Under the pieces are notes generated by a model that searched no databases, was not told the DNA's origin, and was given only the letters and a program-made list of their open reading frames with translations. A DNA stretch of 64,000 nt from an uncultured Actinomycetota bacterium (lineage in GTDB: Bacteria > Actinomycetota > Geothermincolia > Geothermincolales > RBG-13-55-18): the NCBI GenBank assembly GCA_964510515.1, contig CAZEAU010000008.1, forward strand, positions 5,379-69,378, written 5' to 3'. Made by a program: the position numbers and the translations under genes. Of this stretch, positions 56,967-64,000 are shown piece after piece (position 1 is the stretch's first letter; each line of letters begins with the position of its first letter).

Positions 56967-58163
56967 ATGGCGGTGTATTCCCACTCAAGGCTGCAGACTT
57001 TCCAGAACTGCCCGCTGCAGTACAAGCTGCGATATATCGACCGGGTGAAGTCGGAGAGGCACGGCATCGAGGCCTTCATGGGCAGCATGGTGCACGAGGC
57101 TATGGAGAAACTCTACCGCGACCTCAGGGTGTCCAAACTCAACGAGCTGGAGGACCTGCTGGGCTTCTACCGCCAGAGCTGGGACAGCGCCTGGCACGAC
57201 GGCATCTTCATCGTCAAAAAGGACTACACGGCGCGCAACTACCGCGACACCGGCGAGCGCTGCATCCGCGACTACTACGAGCGCTGCTACCCCTTCGAGG
57301 ACGGCAGGACCCTGTGGCTGGAGGAGTGGGTGCGCATCCCCCTGGATTCGGGGGGCAAATACTCCATGACCGGGGTGGTGGACCGCCTGGTGGACAGGGG
57401 CGGCGGTGCCTACGAGATACACGACTACAAGACCTCCGCGAGCCTCCCCACCCAGAAGCAGGCGGACTCCGACCGTCAGCTGGCCCTCTATCAGCTGGCG
57501 GCGATGGAGGCCTTTCCCGATGCCCGCGAGATGAAGCTGGTGTGGCATTACCTGGCCTTCGACAAGGACATCGTCTCCGAGAGGAGCGAGGAGGACCTGC
57601 GGGAGCTGAAGCGCAGCACCATCGCCCTCATCGAGGTCGTGGAGGGGGCGCGGGAGTTCGAGCCCAGGGAGAGCGCCCTCTGCGCATGGTGCGATTATCC
57701 CCACCTTTGCCCGCTGCGCAGGCACCTCTTCGCGGTGCAGGACCTCGCACCCCGGGAGTTCAGCGAGGAGGACGGGGTCAGGCTGGCGGACAGGTACGTG
57801 GAGCTGAGGGGAAGGAAGAGGGAGCTGGAGGCGGAGCTGGAGGGGCTGCAGGAGGAGATAGCGGAGTACTGCGGGGCCAAGGACTACGCGACCCTGCGGG
57901 GGACGGAGCACATGCTGACGGTGAAGAGGGAGACGAGGCCGGCCTTCCCCAAATCCGGCAGCCAGGAGCGATCCGAGCTGGAGGAGCTCCTGAGAAAGCT
58001 GGGGCGCTGGGACGGCGCCGCGGCCCTCAATGCCGCCAAGCTGACCAAGACGCTGCGGGAGAGGAGCTGGCCGGAGAAGGAGCTGCGCGAGCTGGAGCGC
58101 TTCGCGACCTGGGAGGAGAGCGTCAGCATACGCCCCCGCAAGCTCAAGGACCAGGAGAGATAG
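56967..58163 (+). CDS. PD-(D/E)xK nuclease, Cas4/RecB-like with C-terminal Cys cluster
   Basis: D..EIHDYKT (D-ExK) core, QxxxY-like block, C-terminal CAWCDYPHLC. Start ATG 56967, 7 nt after AAAGGAGG. Confidence 0.7.
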   Translation: MAVYSHSRLQTFQNCPLQYKLRYIDRVKSERHGIEAFMGSMVHEAMEKLYRDLRVSKLNELEDLLGFYRQSWDSAWHDGIFIVKKDYTARNYRDTGERCIRDYYERCYPFEDGRTLWLEEWVRIPLDSGGKYSMTGVVDRLVDRGGGAYEIHDYKTSASLPTQKQADSDRQLALYQLAAMEAFPDAREMKLVWHYLAFDKDIVSERSEEDLRELKRSTIALIEVVEGAREFEPRESALCAWCDYPHLCPLRRHLFAVQDLAPREFSEEDGVRLADRYVELRGRKRELEAELEGLQEEIAEYCGAKDYATLRGTEHMLTVKRETRPAFPKSGSQERSELEELLRKLGRWDGAAALNAAKLTKTLRERSWPEKELRELERFATWEESVSIRPRKLKDQER

Positions 58164-58189
58164 GCGCAGGCCCGCCCTCCGCGCGGGGC

Positions 58190-59509
58190 TCAGATGATAG
58201 GCGCCACATTGGCCCGCGAGCCCTTGAGCTTCGCCGCGATGAGGAGGAAGAGGGAGCGCACGGGGTCAACCGGTGAGAGCTGCACCGTCTGGACTCGCAT
58301 CTGCCGGGACAGGCCGCCGATGCTTAGGGCCAGGTCATTGCATCCGGGGCTCATGGTCACGCGGCGCTTTCCCAGCCGCTTGCGCAGCGCCACGCCGTGC
58401 TCCTGTATGGCGCAGCTCCCCGCGATGTGCACGCGGCCCTCGAGGCCATCCACCACCTCCTTGCCTATGCCCTTCCCCATGAGCACGGTGAAGCCCCCTT
58501 TGCCCCCATGGTCGCGGTAGAGCAGCTCGATGATGGTCTCGGTGTTGCGGCGGCAACCCTCCTTGCAGCAGCGCTCCTCGCCCCTGATGATGGTCACATC
58601 GGGCGGGAAATCGTCCAGCAGCTCGCAGGTCAACTGCCGCTTGCGCTCCTCCAGGAGGGGCCGGTTGACGATGTCGATCTTCTCGATATCCCCCTGCCCA
58701 AAACCGGTGTCCGCGCAGAGCTTGAGATGCGCGACCTCCTGCAGGCCGAAGCCCATCAGCGCCGCGCCCACGACATCGGTGGCCAGCGCGTCCGGGCCCC
58801 CGATAAGTAGGTCGAAGGGCAACACGCAGCGCACGGCGTTGAAAACCGTCGGGTAGTGGCCGTGATCGGTGCCGACGAGCCCGTCGATAAGGGCGAAATC
58901 CGGGCGGATGACGCGGTAGATGTCGGCGAACTTCTGATGCAGTCGGTAGTTGTGGTTGGCGATGCGGCTCATCTGATGCACCAGCCCGAACTGATTCTTG
59001 ATGGAGAGCGTCACCTGGGACATGCTGTGGGTCTTGAGCTTGGGGATGGACACATAGAGGTTCTCCGCGCGCCTCTCTATGAGGCGCTCGTAGGCGAAGT
59101 CCGATATCTCCACAAACTCCTCCAGCGTCTCCAGAAACACCGGCACGGCCCCCGTCTCGTCCAGGTAAATGGGCACGGCCCCGGTCTCTTTGCACACGCG
59201 CTTGTAGCCGGTGCCCAGAAAGACCAGCCGGGTGAAGTTGGCCTGGGTGCTGTTCTCGATGACATAGACATCGCGCGCCCCGCAGGCCTGAAAGTAGAGG
59301 ATGGTCTGGCGCAGCACCTCGGGGTCGGTATAGACATTCGGCTCTGGGCCAACGCCGTTGACCTTGAGATAGACATCCCGGCTGGAGCGCAGCATGCTCT
59401 TCCCCCCGCCGAAATGCTCGAAGACCTCCCTCACGGCCGCGGCTATGCCCTGCCGGGTGTCCGCCAGCACGACCTCCGCTCTCGCGTCTGAAGCGCCTTC
59501 ACCGACCAT
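58190..59509 (-). CDS. DUF362 domain protein
   Basis: N-terminal block VVLADTRQGIAAAVREVFEHFGG .. YLKVNG typical of DUF362. C-terminal CCKEGC Cys motif. ATG 59509 after GGGAGGT. Confidence 0.65.
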   Translation of the reverse strand: MVGEGASDARAEVVLADTRQGIAAAVREVFEHFGGGKSMLRSSRDVYLKVNGVGPEPNVYTDPEVLRQTILYFQACGARDVYVIENSTQANFTRLVFLGTGYKRVCKETGAVPIYLDETGAVPVFLETLEEFVEISDFAYERLIERRAENLYVSIPKLKTHSMSQVTLSIKNQFGLVHQMSRIANHNYRLHQKFADIYRVIRPDFALIDGLVGTDHGHYPTVFNAVRCVLPFDLLIGGPDALATDVVGAALMGFGLQEVAHLKLCADTGFGQGDIEKIDIVNRPLLEERKRQLTCELLDDFPPDVTIIRGEERCCKEGCRRNTETIIELLYRDHGGKGGFTVLMGKGIGKEVVDGLEGRVHIAGSCAIQEHGVALRKRLGKRRVTMSPGCNDLALSIGGLSRQMRVQTVQLSPVDPVRSLFLLIAAKLKGSRANVAPII

Positions 59510-60196
59510 CGCCTTACCTCCCTCGCTGCCGCGCGCACGGCGGGGGCCGGCCCGCGGCCTCCCGCGGGGCATGCCGTCCCCGTGCCGCCCTCTCGCAGGA
59601 CATCTTGCTTCCTTTTTGGGCTCAAGCGGGCGCCGGGCCACGGCTCGCCATCTCGCCACGCGGCGGGCGCGCGCTCCCGAGCTCCGCCTGCGACCATCCA
59701 TATCATAGAATCGGGCCCGCGCGCATGTCCATCCGCGCGGGCCCCCATATCCACCGGTCGCCGCCGACGGCCGCATGCTGGAGGAGGATGCGTCGCCAGG
59801 AAGGGAAATGGCGGGTCCCCTGCGGGAATCGCGCGAAAACAGGGGCGGCAACATGGCCGAGTTGCTCAAGGGGCGGGGTCGCCCTGCCGAATGTAATAAC
59901 GTTGAGCGGGAGGGCCCGCGCCATGCGCCACGCCGCTTTTTGCGGAGCGAGAGGAGAGGGGCGCGCCGCGAGGTCGCCCGCCGGGGCGTTGCGTCAAAAC
60001 GGACAGGAAAACCTGGAAACGTATATGCCGAGCGGATATACCGAGCGAGCGCGAGGCCTCCATCCCGGCCCGAAGCGCCGGGGGGAGGAGGGCCTCTCCG
60101 CCCATGGCATCCGCTCGCGCGAGGTCAGGGAGACAAAGCCGGAAAGCCCCATTACATGTAGCACCGGACCGGCATGAGTTCACGGAGGTGGAGGGT

Positions 60197-63100
60197 ATGC
60201 TGTCTAGACAGGGTCACGGGGGGCTGAGAAAGCCCGCGGTAGTGCTGTTCATGGTTCTGCTGCTGCTGGGGGCGCTCGCCCCGCTGGGCATAACCCCCCT
60301 GGACGGCGGGAGAAAGGCCTATGCGGACGGCCCCGGCGGGTCGATCTCCGGCACCGTCAAAGACGCGGATGATAACGCAGTGAAGGAAGTCCGCGTCGAG
60401 GTATGCGACGCGTCAGGCATGGAGGCGGGCATCGCCGATACCGATGAGGACGGCTTCTACGAGGTGGACGGCCTGGAGGCGGGCAACTATTTCGTGTATT
60501 TCTCTCCCCCGCCCCAATATCGCGGCCAGTGGTACGAAGGCGCGCAGGGCCTCGAGGAAGCCGAGCCCGTGGAGGTCGAGGAGGGCGTGGCCACGACGGA
60601 TATCGACGCCACCCTGGATGCGGCGGGCTGGATAACGGGCACCGTCACGGATAAGGGTGATGAGGGCGTGGAGGGCGTGCAGGTCGAGGTCTTTGACGCG
60701 GACGGGAATCCGGCGGGCGTCACCACGTGGACGGATGAAAACGGCGCCTATGTGGCGGGCGGCCTGGAGGCGGGCGAGTACTACATATTTTTCTTCCCCC
60801 CGCACGAATACCTGCGCCAATGGTATGAAGGGGCGGAGGACTTCATGGACGCCACAAAGGTAACGGTAGTGGTGGGCCAAGCCACGGAGGAAATCGACGC
60901 CGCCCTTGAGCCGGCGGGCTGGATAGAGGGCACGGCGACCAGCGCGGTCGAGCCCGAAGGGGTGGAGGGCGTCCAGGTCGTGCTCAACGACGAGCATGGC
61001 AACTGGCTGGGAGAAGCCATGACCGATGAGAACGGTCAATATGTGCTGGGCGGCCAGAAGGCGGGCGAATACTACATATTCTTCTATCCCCCGTATAAAT
61101 ACCTGCCCCAATGGTATGAAGGGGCGGAGGACTTCATGGGCGCCAAAAAGGTAACGGTGGTGGTGGACCAAGCCACGGAGGAAATCGACGCCGCCCTTGA
61201 GTCGGCGGGCTGGATAGAGGGCACGGTCAAAGACGCGCATGGCGACGGAGTGAAGGACGTCCAGGTCGAGGTCTTTGACGAAGGTGGGAACTGGGTCAAC
61301 TTTGGGGTGACCAAGGAGGACGGCAGCTACGCGGCGGGCGGCCTGCATAAGGGCACCTACCGGGTGAGCTTCAGGCCCGATGGCCCCTACTTCCCCCAGT
61401 GGTATGACAACAAGCCGGACTTCGAGAGCGCCACTGATGTTGAGATTGAGAATGTGGGCGAGGCCACGGGGGACATCGACGCCACCCTGGAGGCGGCGGG
61501 CGCGATAAGCGGCACCGTCAAAGACGAGTACGGCCGCACAGTCGGAAATGTCTTCGTGCAGGTCTATGACGCCGATGAGAACTTAATCCGTGAGGTTCCG
61601 ACCCATCCCTTCGCCCAACCCTATGTGGTGAGCGGCCTTCCCACGGGCAAATATAAAGTGTGCTTCTTGCCCCCGCAGGAATACCTGGCCCAATGGTATG
61701 ACAACGAGACGAACTTCGACGATGCCGACGAGGTGGAGGTGGTGCTGGGCGAGACCACGGAGGACATCGACGCCACCCTGGAGGCGGCGGGCTGGATAAG
61801 CGGCACCGTCACCGATACGGAGAATGAGGGCGTGGCGGGCGTCTGGGTCGAGGCCTTCGACGAGAATGAGAACCCGGTGGGCGGCTCGCTGACGGGAGAA
61901 GACGGCGCCTACGAGATGGGCGGCCTTCCCGCGGGCACATACAAGGTGCGCTTCGACCCCCCCCCACAGGAATACCTGCCCCAATGGTATGAAGACAAGC
62001 CGAACTTCGACGATGCCGACGAGGTGGAGGTGGTGCTGGGCGAGACCACGGAGGACATCGACGCCACCCTGCAGCCGGCGGGCTGGATTAAAGGCAAGGT
62101 GACCAGCGCGGTCCAGCCCGATGGGGTGAAGGACGTCTGGGTCGAGGCCTTTGACGAGAATGAGAATTCGGTGGGCAGCTCGCTGACGGAAGAAGACGGC
62201 TCCTACGAGATGAGCGGCCTGGCGGAAGGCACATACAAAGTGCTCTTCGAGCCCCCGCTCGGACACTTCCCCCAATGGTATGAAGACAAGCCGAACTTCG
62301 GGGAAGCCGACGAGGTGGAGGTGGAGGCCGGCAAGGTCACGGAGAACATCGACGCCACCCTGGAGGCGGCGGGCACGATCAGCGGCACCGTGACCAGCGC
62401 GTCCGAGCCGGGCGGCGTGGAAGGCGTCCGCGTCGAGGTCTGGGACCTGTCCCATAACTGCATACGCGAGGCCGAGACCGATGGAAGCGGCGCCTACGAG
62501 ATGGACGGCCTTCCCGCGGGCACATACAAAGTGCGCTTCGAGCCCCCGCCCACATACGCGCCACAATGGTATGACAACGAGAAGAACTTCGACGATGCCG
62601 ACTATGTGGAGGTGGAGGCCGGCAAGGTCACGGAGAACATCGACGCCACCCTGGGTGCGGCGAACGCGATAAGCGGCACCGTCACCGACGAAGGCGGGCA
62701 TGGGGTGGGGAACGTCAAGGTTTACGTCTTTACGACAAGCGAGTCACCGATGCCGATAGCCCTTACGGAGACGGCTACCGACGGTACCTATGAGACCGAG
62801 ATGCTGCCTGTCGGCGAATACAGGGTGGGGTTCGAGCCCCCGGACGACTACCTTCCCCAGTGGTACGACGGCAAGGCAGACTACGAACATGCTGACCCGG
62901 TAGAGGTGAAACTGGGCGAGACCACGGAGAACATAGACGCCACCCTGGAAGCGGCGGGCGTGATAAGCGGCACCGTCACCGACGAAGGCGGGGATGGGGT
63001 GGGGAACGTCAAGGTCAGCGTATATGACCTCGATGAGGAATTCGTGGGCTCTGTATCGACCAACTCCGAGGGCGAATACGAGATGCGCGGCCTGCCTGCG

Positions 63101-64000
63101 GGCAACTACCGGGTAGAGTTCTTTCCTTGGGGAAGCTACCTTCCCCAGTGGTACGACGGCGCGGCGGACTTCGAGCATGCCACCACGATAGAGGTGGAAC
63201 TGGGCGAGACGGTAGGCGGGATAAACGCCGTCCTGGAGCGCAAGGTATGGACCGTCACCGCAAGCGCGGACGCGGGCGGCTCCATCGACCCCGAGGGAGC
63301 CGTCACCGTCACCGAGGGCGACGACCAGACCTTCACCATCGCCCCGGACGAGGGCTGGAGGATAGCCGGCGTCGAGGTGGACGGTAATTCGGTAGGTAAG
63401 GTCACCAGCTACAAGTTCGAGAACGTGACCGCGAACCATACCATCTCGGCCTCCTTCGAAAAGGTATGGATCATCACCGCATCGGCGGGCGCAGGTGGCT
63501 CCATCGAGCCCGAGGGCGAGGTCACCGTCGCCGATGGCGACGACCAGGCCTTCACCATCGACCCGGATGACGGCTACGGCATACTCGATGTGCTGGTGGA
63601 CGGGGAATCGGTGGGCAGGGTCGATACCTACACCTTCGAGGATGTGACCGCTGACCACACCATAGAGGCGCAGTTCGCCAAGCTGTGGACCATCACCGCA
63701 TCGGCGGACCCCGATGAGGGAGGCACGGTCACGGGCGCGGGAATCTACGAGGACGGTGAAGAGGTCACCCTCATAGCCGAGGCCGCCGAGGGCTGGCGCT
63801 TCAAGTACTGGCACGAGGACGAAACGCTGGTGTCCGAAGACGCCACCCTTACCTTCACGGCCGAGGAGGACCGCGACCTGGTGGCGGGCTTCGAGCTGAT
63901 ACCCACCTACACCATCACCGCCAGCGCGGGCGCAGGTGGCACCATCGACCCCTCCGGAGCTGTCACGGTCACCGAGGGCGATGATAAGTCCTTCACCATC
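60197..64000 (+). CDS. Giant secreted repeat protein, 3' partial (more than 1268 aa): signal peptide, about 13 CarboxypepD_reg/transthyretin-like repeats, then at least 5 InlB-B/Listeria-Bacteroides-type repeats
   Basis: ATG 60197 after GGAGGTGGAGGGT. Hydrophobic signal (VVLFMVLLLLGALA). About 100-aa repeats each have GTVTD..G..V..V.V.....G......TD..G.Y...L..G.Y.V.F.PP..Y.PQWY. From 63240 on, about 80-aa repeats VWTVTASA.AGGSIDPEG.VTV..GDDQ.FTI.PD.G. Not in the ORF track because there is no in-window stop; I translated it manually and it is open to the window end. Confidence 0.85.
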   Translation, partial: MLSRQGHGGLRKPAVVLFMVLLLLGALAPLGITPLDGGRKAYADGPGGSISGTVKDADDNAVKEVRVEVCDASGMEAGIADTDEDGFYEVDGLEAGNYFVYFSPPPQYRGQWYEGAQGLEEAEPVEVEEGVATTDIDATLDAAGWITGTVTDKGDEGVEGVQVEVFDADGNPAGVTTWTDENGAYVAGGLEAGEYYIFFFPPHEYLRQWYEGAEDFMDATKVTVVVGQATEEIDAALEPAGWIEGTATSAVEPEGVEGVQVVLNDEHGNWLGEAMTDENGQYVLGGQKAGEYYIFFYPPYKYLPQWYEGAEDFMGAKKVTVVVDQATEEIDAALESAGWIEGTVKDAHGDGVKDVQVEVFDEGGNWVNFGVTKEDGSYAAGGLHKGTYRVSFRPDGPYFPQWYDNKPDFESATDVEIENVGEATGDIDATLEAAGAISGTVKDEYGRTVGNVFVQVYDADENLIREVPTHPFAQPYVVSGLPTGKYKVCFLPPQEYLAQWYDNETNFDDADEVEVVLGETTEDIDATLEAAGWISGTVTDTENEGVAGVWVEAFDENENPVGGSLTGEDGAYEMGGLPAGTYKVRFDPPPQEYLPQWYEDKPNFDDADEVEVVLGETTEDIDATLQPAGWIKGKVTSAVQPDGVKDVWVEAFDENENSVGSSLTEEDGSYEMSGLAEGTYKVLFEPPLGHFPQWYEDKPNFGEADEVEVEAGKVTENIDATLEAAGTISGTVTSASEPGGVEGVRVEVWDLSHNCIREAETDGSGAYEMDGLPAGTYKVRFEPPPTYAPQWYDNEKNFDDADYVEVEAGKVTENIDATLGAANAISGTVTDEGGHGVGNVKVYVFTTSESPMPIALTETATDGTYETEMLPVGEYRVGFEPPDDYLPQWYDGKADYEHADPVEVKLGETTENIDATLEAAGVISGTVTDEGGDGVGNVKVSVYDLDEEFVGSVSTNSEGEYEMRGLPAGNYRVEFFPWGSYLPQWYDGAADFEHATTIEVELGETVGGINAVLERKVWTVTASADAGGSIDPEGAVTVTEGDDQTFTIAPDEGWRIAGVEVDGNSVGKVTSYKFENVTANHTISASFEKVWIITASAGAGGSIEPEGEVTVADGDDQAFTIDPDDGYGILDVLVDGESVGRVDTYTFEDVTADHTIEAQFAKLWTITASADPDEGGTVTGAGIYEDGEEVTLIAEAAEGWRFKYWHEDETLVSEDATLTFTAEEDRDLVAGFELIPTYTITASAGAGGTIDPSGAVTVTEGDDKSFTI

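Noticed and set aside
60413-63814. Three minus-strand ORFs (311, 372 and 356 aa)
   Set aside because: Antisense of the giant plus-strand repeat protein, whose frame is open from 60197 to the window end.

Overview
This is a high-GC (roughly 65-70%) bacterial chromosomal segment. It looks like an anaerobe: it carries a tungsten-type aldehyde:ferredoxin oxidoreductase (AOR), a superoxide reductase, many Fe-S proteins and NifX-like domains, and no oxygen-respiration genes. I call about 70 protein-coding genes, four tRNAs (Ser-GCT, Ser-CGA, Arg-ACG, Ser-GGA) and one partial tRNA-Ser copy. I found no rRNA and no CRISPR array.

Gene content, left to right:
- A partial Mg-chelatase-like AAA+/vWA gene, then a GAF/PAS histidine kinase with its CheY-like regulator.
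- Housekeeping genes: PHP histidinol phosphatase, PfkB kinase, FmdB zinc ribbon, MTA phosphorylase, site-2 protease, nitronate monooxygenase, ThiF.
- A CpaB-like SAF protein followed by a response-regulator GGDEF cyclase.
- A CrtI-like oxidoreductase and DapA.
- A MerR/TetR-like regulator, AOR and a MoaD-like carrier, apparently one operon.
- A sulfur block: cysK and a TauE/SafE-type exporter. Each has its 3' end tandemly duplicated.
- A roughly 0.9-kb AT-rich islet flanked by direct repeats of the 3' half of tRNA-Ser(CGA), carrying an MntA/HepT toxin-antitoxin pair.
- tadA, a sensor-like membrane protein, a HEAT-repeat protein, NifU/IscU, ROK glucokinase, an ABC-2 exporter, and PadR with a split permease.
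- An uncharacterised three-gene operon: a 443-aa protein with an internal repeat plus two multi-zinc-ribbon proteins.
- An FNR-like reductase, superoxide reductase, a GlpA-like FAD oxidoreductase trio with a DUF1667 protein, and msrB-msrA.
- A second HEAT-repeat protein, a beta-lactamase-like hydrolase and an acyl-CoA dehydrogenase.
- A divergently organised metallocofactor cluster: a ferredoxin, an Mrp/NBP35-NifX fusion, two NifX-like proteins, a small Cys-rich protein, two MinD-type ATPases with ferredoxin inserts, a DUF134 regulator, a DUF364 protein and a CDF transporter-NifX fusion.
- An alpha/beta hydrolase, a Cas4-like PD-(D/E)xK nuclease and a DUF362 protein.
- The start of a very large secreted repeat protein (more than 1268 aa) that runs off the window. 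The ORF track omits it because it has no in-window stop.

Most interesting:
- The NifX/MinD-ferredoxin/DUF134/CDF cluster, which has no nitrogenase genes nearby.
- The zinc-ribbon three-gene operon with its AT-rich tandem-repeat promoter.
- The tRNA-flanked toxin-antitoxin islet, where a single in-frame TGA separates antitoxin and toxin.
- The two parallel 3'-end tandem duplications in the neighbouring sulfur genes.

All calls come from reading the translations and the DNA by eye; I ran no database searches.
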